Assembly: GCF_026571515.1 (NCBI RefSeq)
Contig: NW_026858357.1
Span: forward strand, 124,001 to 188,000
DNA: 64,000 bases
From: Ruditapes philippinarum
Taxonomy: Eukaryota
Direction: 5' to 3'
Made by a program: the position numbers and the translations under genes. The notes under the pieces were generated by a model. The model was not told the origin of the DNA and searched no databases. It was given only the letters and a program-made list of their open reading frames with translations. Shown here piece after piece: positions 12,575 through 24,487 of this stretch (the first letter of the stretch is position 1; every line of letters begins with the position of its first letter).

Positions 12575-15500
12575 GTTGTTGTTGTTGTTGTTGTTGTTGT
12601 ATTAGTATTCACTTGAATCATTAAAATCGAAATTTAATCAGACGTTTTAGCAGCCAATCACGTCTAAGGTGACATTACATAATCAGCCAATCAGCGATTT
12701 GGTCTCATTAGCTATTAGGCGTTAATTGTAAAACTGTTAATGCTTACGACATGCCGCTGCTAGTATTTCCAAATTGCTCTCCGGTCTCCATGCTGAGGGC
12801 CCCAGCACCTTGACCAAACCCGTACCCCTTGGGTCCGAACTTCTTTCCGTGACAGCCCTTACAGTAAATCATACCCTCGTGTTCTGCACAGGTCGTGCTG
12901 TCCAACATTTTGCTGCAAAGACCTTCAAAAAAAGTAAATACTGGTTTCAGTTTATTAACCTAATTTAATTCCAACTTCTGTGCGGGAATCGGAAGAATTT
13001 TTTCACGGTCAAATAACTTATATGTCCGTCTGATTTGTCATGTAAAACACTGAAAACGATAAAATTCTGTTTACTACATGTAGTATTCGATTTTGTATAT
13101 TTGTTGAATTATATGAAGCAATCCTTGTCCTTTAAAATTGTACAAAAATCTTTATTTCTATGAAATAACATTGGTTTCTTTCCTTGTTACTTGACATAGT
13201 GGGGACGAGGAGGGTGTGGGCGGGGTATGCGAGGAAGGGAAAGAGAGACACTGTTAAGTCGGTACTTATTTTGAAATTTTCGCTAAAATTGTTGATTTTT
13301 TTTCCGAATTGAAACAGTTCATTTTAAGACATTTAGCGTGGAAAGGGAGCAGGTACTTTATGCCTATTTTTTATAATTTCTTTAGATAGATCAAACATGA
13401 ATTTTATAATAATTTAAATAATGGTTTTAAAGCAGATTAGATGCTTGTTGCCTAAAGACAGTGGCGCTTAATGTGAAATAATTTGTCATAAAAGCAGCAG
13501 AATGTCAACAAAGTATTAATTTGACCACCAAATTACTTTTTAGCAAAAAAGAGACAACATGCCACTTCCATAAAGATTACTTAATCACTATAACCAGTAA
13601 CTCAATGGGTAACCTATTGAAAACTGTACAAAGTACTCCAAAAATAAAAATAAAAAGATTTAAAGAAATAAAAATTAAAAAAATTCTGGGACTGAATGGG
13701 TCTTTAAGTTAACATTTGCTTGATTACATTATTGATTTAGCTCTAATGCATTGTACGTAATATCTGCAGAAATTCTCTCTAATTCCACATAATACCCAAA
13801 ATTATCAATCCAACAAGGATTTTATTTCATGAAAGAATTTTAATACGCCTCTTAAACTGCTCGTTGCAAAATTACAGTAATGTAATTAAACACATATTAA
13901 ACATGCATGTAACAAAATAATTCTGGAATGGAAGATATCGTAAATTCAGGAGCTGAATAACGTCCAGGCATAGCAGACAAGATTCTCATTAAATTTTCGC
14001 GAGAAAACCGTGTTTACACGTTTCTTTCCATCTTCACTTATCAATTATGCGTACTTGATACATGGAACGGTATCTTAGATACTGATTGACGGTTACTCTT
14101 CAATTATAACATATTAACTTAGAACATGTACGTTAATGTGAAACAAGTTCTTCCAACTTATATAAATCCATATATACTCTCGCACGCTTCCTAGCTGGAA
14201 CTAAAATCAGTATAGGTGTCATTTACTGAAAACATTGTCATATGAACTTAACAAGGTTCGAACCCACTGTCCACGAGTTAAGAGACAAACGCCATATATA
14301 TATATATCCATAAGGCCATAGCTCAATGTTTTCATACATTATTATATACTAGGTATATTCTTTTGTTTACGTGTCTTTTGGTATTAAAGAAGTCCCGGCT
14401 CAACTCCTCCCACATCAATGAAGCCCCTCCCCTTCTGTTAACTTATATTCACCCATATATCACATGGAGTATGTGACATTTACTGGGTGAGTAAAGTCTA
14501 GTTGTTAGTATGAGGAAACATCATTGGGGAAAACAACACTAAAGTTCGAACCCACTGCTCTCGGGTCATATCCACTGGTCCATTGCTCACCGTTATTATA
14601 CATTTTTATATACATGTACGTATATTCTGTTGTTTACGCGGTTTTGGTGTTGAATTAAAGAATCCCTGACTTAACTCCTCCCAACCAATCAAGCCCCGCC
14701 CCATTTGTATATGTATTCACTCGTATTCATTTTAATATGTGACATTTACCAGATGTGTAAAGATCAAGTTCTTGTGAAATCATAATAAATGCGTTTTGGT
14801 CGCACTATTTTTAGTTTTACTGTATTCTGGTAGCTTTTTTTCTATCACCAAGAAACCAAATTAGAATAAACAGTAAACATCATCTCTAACCGAATTATCA
14901 ATTATAATAGTACAGTTTGGCGATGTTCCAAGCTATGTGGTAGGAATGTCAGAATCTCAATGTTTCTAGCAGAACATTTCTGTTTTATCAAAGAAATTGC
15001 CGTCAGGTAAACTTCTTCAAAATTACTCATTTCTCGTGAAGTGTGTAGAAGATTTGCTTTGATTGAATGATGTGTAGTAATAATCAGTGTGGAATGTGAA
15101 CTTCCTTCCGTGATAATGATACATATACAATTGTATGTAAATAATGCGAAAGTAAGTGAATAAAAACATCGTACAATTTATGACTGCAACATCCGCCCTG
15201 ATCACATTGTTTTAACATAACTTGCGTGTTTGTTCTTGCCGCATTGGTTCGTGGTCAGTAACTGTTCTTATGCATCAAAACATAAGTTTCGTAATGAAAT
15301 AATAAATAAATAAATAAATAAAAATAAACAAACAAACAAACACGAAAAAAACACCACACACATAATTATGTTTTATTTCGTATATGTTATGTTGTATGAA
15401 CTGTCCTTGATCTTTAAATGTGTTTTCTTCTTTTAATGCGCATCTCATCTTTTTAATGTTAAGATATGTTACTTGAAATTCCAAAACCATTCTTACAATC

Positions 15501-15960
15501 CCTAACCCATTTTTTTGCACAATTACTGATTTTGCTATTCAGGTATTGCCTACTCACTAACGAAATTTCCCCATGTCATTCACAATTTCTTCCAACATTT
15601 ACCTCTTTATAATCTATTTTTTGGTTTGTTTGCCTAACATACTTCATAATTGTACATATAATGTAATTTTATGAGGTCCACACCCTGAACTGCAAACATT
15701 ATGCGCTTGGCTAGAGTTACGACCCTTCTTGGACAAGAATCTGTATACCCGTACATTGCTAAACAATCTTAGTTGTTGCAATCGGAACTATATTCATTGA
15801 GCCGTTTTTTTTTTTTTAATTTTATTTGATTATATAACATCTTACCACATTTAAAACAGAATTTGTGCCATTTCTTCCCACCGGCAAGTCTTTCTTCTGC
15901 GGCGTATACCGACTTTCCGCATAACGGGCATTTAGCCTGCTCTGGAGGTTTGAATGGCAT
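10827..15960 (-). CDS. CSRP: Cysteine- and glycine-rich protein / muscle LIM protein (two LIM domains), 189 aa, complete
   Basis: Exons 15960-15846, 12922-12748, 12297-12189, 11523-11430 and 10903-10827, all GT-AG with consistent phases (570 nt). Protein: [121 protein letters not shown]. Confidence 0.95.
11920..12132. repeat. 27-bp minisatellite in a CSRP intron
   Basis: Unit ~atacaagtgacgtatacctgtaggtct, about 7-8 copies. Confidence 0.85.
12434..12603. repeat. Compound trinucleotide microsatellite (ATC/AAT/ATT/GTT)
   Basis: Directly visible in the sequence. Confidence 0.9.
14120..14590 (-). mobile_element. Degenerate family-A SINE copies
   Basis: gaaacaagttcttcc..cttcctagctgg..ttcgaacccactg..ggccatagctc, a second partial copy near 14480-14590; both resemble 17978-18172. 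Confidence 0.45.
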
Positions 15961-16949
15961 TTTGAGCCTCTGAAAAGACAATTAAATCTAAAATCATTCA
16001 AAAATTCCTCTTTCTAGGATTAAAATTGTTCTTAAAAGACGGTGCAGTTAAAAACGTAAACTAAAATCATTTACTAAACATTTCAGAAGGGACCAAACTG
16101 AAAAAGTAATATTTTGACGTTGTGAATAGGTTTAAAACTAACGAAACTTCAGAATGCAAAATTGTATGAGGCTTTAGAAAACTGTTTACATAGCAAGAAC
16201 AAGTTATTCATGTGAAATGACTTCATTCACACGTGAAGAAAAATTGACTGATGCTTGCTAGCAATACACGTCATTATGTGTACGACTATTTCTCATCATT
16301 TTCTGGCATTTAAAACAGGTGAGACAGTTGTTTTCGCAATTCTTCACCTATTTCTAGACAGATATTTGCAACATAACAACTGTTTACGTTTTCTTCAATT
16401 ATGTTACACATGAGCAAAGAGAATTTAACATTTTTTCTAACCGTGCGCACCTTTTCCCGCCAATAAACAAGCGAGCAGACGATAAATCTATCAACCTGTC
16501 TGTTTTGATTTGTATCTTAGGAATGCAAGGAGGCAGCTGAAGCTGAAGATCAAAATAATCTTTGTACTCCCAAAAATACAATTATTCTGTTCAATATCAA
16601 TCGTAAATTTGAGTTCTGCTTAGCTTTATCATTGTTTTTGCAACAACAACAACGAAAACAATGACTAAAGATCAAAACAACTATGAAAGTAGCACAACTG
16701 TAAAATAAGAAAGAAATACTAGTGCTTTAACAGTTTTCCATGAAAGATCTTATTTACATTTTGGAACACCAATTATTTCATGTTACCGGAAAATCAGGTA
16801 TTTCATTTTAACGGATCACTGATTTTTTTCATGATATCGGAAACACTAATTATTTCGTGCCACCAGATCACCAATTATTTCGTGTTACCGGGACGCCAAT
16901 CATTTCATGATATAAGAAATTGCATTATTTTGAAACGTAGGATGAAAAT

Positions 16950-17250
16950 TGTGTCTACATTCTATGTCTACATCCTATGTCTGCACCATATGTCTACATC
17001 CTATGTCTACATCATATGTCTACATCATATGTCTACATCATATGTCTACACTCTATGTCTACACCTTATATACACCATATGTCTACTTTCTATGTCTACT
17101 TCCTATGACTACAGCCTATGTCTACCCTATGTATTCAAGCTATCTTCACCCTACTCTACACTTTATTTACACCCTATGTTTTCACCTTATATACACTCTA
17201 TGTCTACATCCTATGTCTACACTCTATGGTTACATCCTATGTCTACGCGC
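16950..17250. repeat. 13-bp minisatellite (ctatgtctacatc)
   Basis: About 20 degenerate copies; the overlapping ORFs are artefacts of this repeat. Confidence 0.9.
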
Positions 17251-17977
17251 TATCTCTGCTACCAGTAATTGATAAAAAAAAAACATTTTTTTATATCTGG
17301 CTTTTGTAATAACATGGCTTAATGATATGATTTTCTCGGGATGAAAATACAACATAAAACATTTATAGTCTTAGAGTTATATAAACCGCAGGAACATCAT
17401 GCGGATACCTTCGTGACTCATTGTTTAAGAATTTTAGTTTTCCGGCAAGGCTTATCAAGAAAAATCACTTTTTAAGGTAAACATTGATATATCCAAACAT
17501 TCATTCGCCGCAAAAAAGATCTCTGTAACCGTTTTAACAATTTCAACAAATATATAAATGATACAATTTGTAAAATTCGTCTGATAACTGTAACGCTCTT
17601 ATTTGATGCAGTTCTGCAAAATCCTTTTTTTTTTCATTTTACTCAAATGTTCCAGTATGTTTTATGCATTGATCATTACACGAAGTTTTTGATAGAACTT
17701 CAAACTTTTCATTATGCATGGATAAATACAAGTTATATACAAATAATTTGTCGTAGTCATTCACCCTGTTTTAACGGTCCACTCTCAAGTCGACCGCGGT
17801 GCAGGCAAGGTCAAGGTCAAGGTGACTTTGGACGGAGTATTTGAGGAATTCCTTCCATGTAAAGAATAACGCACTAAAACCAAAATAGCGTTAGTGTTAC
17901 GTTTACCAGAAGGCTTTACATACATTTTCATTGTATAATTTTATAACAGTGTATCGCAAAATATTAAGATATTTTTG

Positions 17978-18172
17978 GTTTAAACATATTTATTGAAGCT
18001 CGATTGCGAAACAAGTTCTTCCATCTGATAATTAATCACTTTCGAGTCCACTTCCTGAAATCAACCAGTACTGGTGTAATATGAAGAAACATGGTCGTGA
18101 CCCGATTAGATCTCGAACCCATGATCCCTGGTTTGAGAGGCACACACCTTAACCACAAGGCCACCGCTCCCC
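17978..18172 (-). mobile_element. tRNA-derived SINE (family A)
   Basis: The reverse complement aligns end to end with 54011-54205 (gggagcggtggcc..gtggttaaggtgt..catgggttcgag..cagtactggtt..ggactcgaaagtgatt). Confidence 0.8.
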
Positions 18173-18502
18173 TCGCGACTTTTTTCTTAAATATCTCCCT
18201 GAACAGTATTTTATTTATTTCTTGGACGTATTGTCTTTAAAACTCTTAATTTTGTTTCATTGATACATTGCCTTAATTTCCTTTAAATATCAACATAAAA
18301 TTTAATAATATTTATATAATTTATCGGATTACAATTTTACAATGACAATTTAATCAATTTTTATTTTTTTTTAAATATTTTATTTATTTAATTATTTGCG
18401 TACCTTTACAGCTACATTATAGTATCAATGTCCAAAATAATTAAATAATGACATTGCAAAAAGTGAATATTTTTTATTCTTTTTCTAAATCAAATAACTC
18501 AC

Positions 18503-18632
18503 CCTTCAATGAAACGTCTAATTAGTTACTCCAAAAGCGTCTAAGTGATTTTTTTTGATCGCAAGTTTCGAACGCGCGCTACTTTACCCTCTTCCTACCT
18601 GTGAAATAACGACGAACGAACGGTGAATTTAT
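18503..18632 (-). promoter_or_regulatory. Candidate non-coding first exon and TATA-like element of the CSRP gene
   Basis: Donor AAGG|gtgagt at 18502, TATAAA on the minus strand at ~18627-18632, and an acceptor just upstream of the ATG at ~15970. Confidence 0.35.
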
Positions 18633-18849
18633 ATTGTGTAGATATGCTATGATAGCTTCAATTCTGTGTAATTTGAGATGAGAACATTTGAAGATTCTAC
18701 ACTATGATTTAAGAGTAAAATATTTAAATGTTCGCTGTGTGTATATAGAAGTGCCGCAACTCGTTTACACATGATTTACTCATGATACACATGTATATAT
18801 GAGAAATTTTGAAGCTTTCCTCACATTTTATACATGTTAACAAAGTGAC

Positions 18850-19965
18850 AAGATACTATAAGAAACCACTAAATAACCTCCCCATTTAAACAAAAGGCAA
18901 AGATGCCACCAAATTATCTCCCCATTTATACAAAAGGTCAATATGCCACTAAATTACCTCCCAATTTTGCCAAAGGCCATGATGCCACCAAATTACCTTT
19001 CCAATTAAACCAAATGCTAATATACCCTCCCATTTAAACAAATGGCCAAGATGCCACCAAATTACCTTCCCATTTAAACAAAATGCCAAGATGCCACCAA
19101 ATTACCTTCCCATTTAAACAAAAGGCCAAGATGCCACCAAATTACCTTCCCATTTAAACAAAATGCCATGATGCCACCAAATTACCTCCCCATTTAAACA
19201 AAAGGCCAAGATGCCACCAAATTACCTCCCCATTTAAACAAAAGCCAAGATACCACCAAATTACCTTCCCATTTAAAGAAAAGGCCAAGCATTCGGAACT
19301 GCCTCGGCTATTATCTATAATATTAACCTCGGAAACAATACGGATTGAAAGTAGTTCTACCACGTGGTAGATGTAAACAGAAACAGAGATAATGTAAAAC
19401 AAATGTATATATTTGACATCTAATGCCTGTTCCGGTACTCTTTTGCTTGAAAATATGTCTGACAACAATTTGTTATTTAAATATGACCACTGATGTTCAA
19501 TTTCAAACAAATCCGACGAAATGTCAACAGGTTGGTTTTTTTGTACTTTCGGTTTCTACAACCATGATAATAAATATATAAATAATGAATTGTTTGCTTT
19601 TGTACCTATGATATCACTTATTTTAGGTGAACCTTTACTACATATATTGGAAATAAACTTGTAAACAACTCCCAGCATTAAATTACTATTTGTTTACATG
19701 TTTAGTTTCTTAGCGTAGGTTAGACCGAAATACCGCATCCGTTCTGTGTATTCATACTATTGTGTTCGAGGTCCTTATCCGAAGACTGACGGAAAGGGCC
19801 GAGGAGTTGCGATTGAAGGCCAAGGTACCACCAAATTACCTTCCTATTAAAACAAATGGACAAGATACCACCAAATTACTTCCCTTTGTGACAAGGTATA
19901 ACAAAATTACCTCCCCATTCTAGATAACACCATGTAGCTACCACTATTTTACCTTCCCATTTTAG
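18850..19965. repeat. 40-bp minisatellite interrupted by an insertion
   Basis: Unit aagatgccaccaaattaccttcccatttaaacaaaaggcc, about 11 copies to 19289; the array resumes at 19816. Confidence 0.9.
19290..19815. mobile_element. 526-bp non-autonomous TIR element with a 9-bp TSD
   Basis: TSD aaggccaag at 19281-19289 and 19816-19824. Imperfect TIRs cattcggaactgcctcggc / gccgaggagttgcgattg. Confidence 0.7.
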
Positions 19966-22900
19966 CTTTAAAATGTTTTTGTTAAACATCATGTAGCAGA
20001 TAGATGATCCGCTCCTCATTACCGAGGTTGTTTGTTGGAAATTTCTAGCGTTAAAGTTGTTGACGCATTGTTAAATATGGGAGAACTGGACGACATAAAA
20101 ACATTGTAAAAAAAAACACTATACGGGATAAAGTGAAATTCTAAGGCAAATCTAAGTTGACTTTGACGAGGAGATTGCTATGGAAACCATAATTATTTAA
20201 AAATGATGGTGTATCATCACCCCTTGTGCATAAACCTTAAGTAATGCCCTTTATACATACATATTAAGCTTGCGACATAAATTAGAAATTCTATTTATTC
20301 AAATGGCCTCCTACATTGAATTTTCTTTTTACGTCATGTTGTACATCTTGTTTTATACGTATTATATTTTACATCATATTTTACATCATGTTTTACATCA
20401 TGTTTTAAATAATGTTTTATATTATATATTACGTTTTAAGCGATTCATACCCTATTACTTTTAATTATTTTTGAAACAATTTTGACCAATAAGTATGAAA
20501 TGCATTCGTGTTAAACATGAAACAATATTTTAGCATAGGTTTACGTCGAGCCCATCACTTTAAACTTTGAAGAGTATGAGAGAATGTTTGCCATCAATAT
20601 TTTACAGAAATAAAACTCTAGTAATAAAATCGTATATATCAAACTCGGATTTCTTTTAATGACATTTCATTTCATTTTATTGGCAAATCGGCAAATAAAC
20701 ATTACCTTTGGCCATTAACAGAGTATCATGACAAATATGGCCAAAAGTTAAATAGTTACAAACAATTTGTTGTATTTTCATACAAGATTAAAAGTGACAG
20801 TTTTAAGCTGACACCATATTCTCAACTTACGTGGATATTAATCTTAGGTGTGACAACCCGCAATTTGTACGTCAATTAAGGGGGTATTTATATATGTTGT
20901 GCGGTTATTTCATTCACTGAAGAAACAACATTTGATATCTAAATCTCGGATACACATAGTCATGGTGTACCTATGGACCCACAACTGCTGGCCTTGATTA
21001 ATATAAGTCCATATATATCTTATGAATAATGTTGCTATTTATAGCAACTTGAACACAAAAGTTTTCCATTGGTCTAAACTAATTGCCTAAGAATATGCAT
21101 AGAATATGCATATTATAATGATGACTGAAAAAAAGAAAATTAATATAATTAATAGCAGATGATTTTAGCATTGATTCAGCTTTTAAGTAACAAAGAGAAC
21201 TCTTCAGGTTACGGGATGTTTTTTGTTTTGTTTTTTGTTTTTTTTTCTATCACAGTTATTTTAGCGTAGTTTGCTTAACAACCCTGTACCCTGTCTAACC
21301 TCACCTCAAATCGGTCCCCTATCCTCATCGAAAGGAGGTACTGTGTCTTACTTACATAGTGATTAACTATGATCGACCAAGGAGACAACTCTTGCATTGG
21401 TAATGCTTTCTTAGAACACAGTTATCTCCCTTATATAATTTAGGCTCGCTTTAGCCTTTTTGATAAAATGAGTTTTCTTTGATTCTGTAGCCCGTATACT
21501 ATTATACATATATTAACAGGTTCTTTATTGCTTGTGTTTTAAATATTTTTCATTCTGGAATAAAAGGGATTCCACTGAGTTTTTTTTACATGACGGGACT
21601 GGAAATATTTTTTTCACGATTAATGTGAATCTATTTGATGAAGGCCTATTTCTGAGTAAATATATATTAATTATCTTTTGCAAATATTTCTGTTCTATGT
21701 TCTCCAGCTGATCTATGTAAGAAATTCAAATTTAAAGATTTTAGGCTATTGGAATTCGGTTGAGCTTCTTTAATATCAAATTATAACGGTTTTACCCACA
21801 ACTCTCTTTAAATTTTGAGTTTCGATCCATCATATATCATGAAGGTTTGAGGGTATGTAGCCACCAATTTTAAACTTTCTACAACTCTGCGCATCGGTCG
21901 AATGTTTCACTATATAGTAACGAGATTGTATTCAGTGAGGTGCAATTGGAGCTTTCTCTCTACTTAAGCGTAAAAAATCCGTACAATGGTATGAAGGCTA
22001 TTTGAAATACTCTTGTGAAAAGAAAACGACATCATGAAAATAGATTGTTCAAAGGTTTTATTTTAAGAAATTAACGAAAATAGTTTCACAAAAGTTTTTT
22101 TTAAAAATCCATCATTCACAGGTTTATTATAAATAGAATATTATGTTAGTGTAGCTTCATTGCTGAATTAATTAAACTCTTTAAAACATTATACTTAAAG
22201 TAAAAATATTTGAATCGTGAAATATGCTATCGAAAACAAAATACAGAAAATATTTTTTTGTGCAGATCAAAATTTTTATATATGGACAATCATAAAAAAG
22301 TGATATATTTACGCCAACAAAAAGTTCGGCAAAGCTATATTAGTTACAGTGTGAGTGATATACTGTGAGTGATGTTGATTTTATTTAACTGATAAAACTC
22401 AGTATTAATGATTAATAATTAACCTTAAAATAAGAAAGAAAAAACAACAGCATGTTTGAAACGTATTTTGTAACATTTAAAATAATGTTCTTATATNNNN
22501 NNNNNNNNNNNNNNNNNNNNNNNNNNNNNNNNNNNNNNNNNNNNNNNNNNNNNNNNNNNNNNNNNNNNNNNNNNNNNNNNNNNNNNNNNNNNNNNNNNNN
22601 NNNNNNNNNNNNNNNNNNNNNNNNNNNNNNNNNNNNNNNNNNNNNNNNNGTAACACATTAAGACATATAAAGATTGCAACATCTTATTTACAATGCGGCT
22701 TTCTAAATCTAAAAAAAAAAGAACACATATCAATCGAAGAAAATATGAAAATATAACATTGAAAAGAATTGATTAAATGGTTATCACAATTTTAACATAT
22801 ATCTTAACACACATACGGAACATTCATACAATTCATTTTATTTATCATTAAACATAATGCTTTCCTCAGTGCATCATTTTAATCTGCAATTTAAAAAGTA

Positions 22901-23436
22901 AAAAACTTACAACATTGAAATATACATATGGTTAAAGTAAAACGGTATATCATATGGCTTTTTTTTAATTGAAAGGATTTTGCAATTCTCTTGATTTTGC
23001 ACCGCGTGATCTCCCAGCGTAAATTATTATTGGATCCAATCTTATCAATTTAGCCTCGTTTTCATTTTCCGAGTCCAAAAAATCCGTATCAAGGGCATAT
23101 TGTATTTTAACTATCCGTGTTTTCATTTCTGTGTCCAAAATTTCCTTATCAGATCCATCTTGTTATCTATCTAGTCTCTTTTTCATTTTCCAAGTCAAAA
23201 TATTTCATATCCAGTCCATATTGTACTCGAAGTAATTGTATTTTTAATAGTATAAAAAATTCTTGATTCCCCGTTAAATATCCTATAAGGACTTGTCCAT
23301 CTTTCAATTTGAACACAGTCATTTTAAGGACAATATTAAAGAATTTATTGACCAGATAGTATACTGTGTAGATCATGATTACACAACACGGACGTGTTTG
23401 TTGATTTTGCTCTGAACAAGTTGCATGGTATATTAA

Positions 23437-23792
23437 AGCAGCACGCCTCCAGATTCATGCTAATTTTCATGATTTTTTTGAAAATGTATTTAAAAGTAAA
23501 ATATTGTGAAGTTGAATAACACATTTCAAACCGCACTTGCAATCAACGTTTATTACCAAAAAGAGATCAAAATATACATAAATACCTCTTACTGGATTAG
23601 TAACTAGTAGAATTTAGTAACTAGTAGAATTATAGTGATTGATATGGTAAAATCAGTCATTAATCGCAAATAACATGTAAATTAATATAATAAATTAAGT
23701 ATTGAATCTTTTTACTTTCTCTAAGATCTTAATACATTTTTCAAAAGATTGCATTTCTTGAAATAGCCTGGCTCATCTTGAGGCGTGCAGCT
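23437..23792. mobile_element. Kolobok-type MITE (TTAA TSD)
   Basis: ttaa|agcagcacgcctccagattcatgc ... gaggcgtgcagct|ttaa; a related copy lies at 26949-27276. Confidence 0.75.
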
Positions 23793-24297
23793 TTAAGTTG
23801 CCGCAGGCAGATTAAATTCTAAATTCATTTTTTTTCTCCTAAAGTGATTTGGTCGTGTGAAATAAAGAGTTCATTATTTATTGTTGAGTACAATACAGTG
23901 TTGGTACACTTTGATTCTTACACTATCGCAAAACCTTTATTATACCCAGCTAGCGCATCGTTCAATATAGATTTGAGAGCCGTGTACTCGTTTAATATAA
24001 TTCAGTATTGTACTCGATAGTGAACAATAAATTTATAATATCAAATGACAACTCATGTGAGATGCTACATATATCAGTTTCCAACAACTTACACTGAATT
24101 AACAATTTTTCAATAAAACCTTTTTTCACAAAAGCAGTAGTTATCACCATAAAAGTTGGTAATATTTTATCTACAAAACATCAACAACAAAAAGCGTCAC
24201 AATATCGCTAACCAGATTATTTTTCTCTCCAGAATACACTACAGAATAGAAATTATCACCGATAATTATCTTAAACATCTTTCGACAATTATTTCTA

Positions 24298-24482
24298 GGT
24301 ATCCGGACATTTGCCTCCCCCCCTCCCCGCCGATAAGTTGCCCCCACCCCCACCGGACGATTGCCCCCTTTTTTTGCATTCCGCCCTTTCAAGACATACG
24401 AGGGGGCAAATGTCCACCACCGCATAAAAGGGGCAAACATCAAGGAAGTATTTGTCCGTGGGGCGCAAATGTCCTGGAATCT
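24298..24482. mobile_element. Small MITE immediately 3' of the channel stop codon
   Basis: Inverted ends gtatccggacatttgcctcccc / ggggcgcaaatgtcctggaatc. Confidence 0.6.
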
Positions 24483-24487
24483 TATTT

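Noticed and set aside
16780-17309. ORFs of 162, 107 and 63 aa
   Set aside because: They are translations of a 13-bp minisatellite.
17806-17826. Tandem TCAAGGTCA nuclear-receptor-like sites upstream of the CSRP coding region
   Set aside because: The same motif is abundant in local Helentron-like repeats, and there is no independent support.
21400-22000. Possible decayed retroelement coding sequence on the minus strand
   Set aside because: No motif could be identified with confidence.
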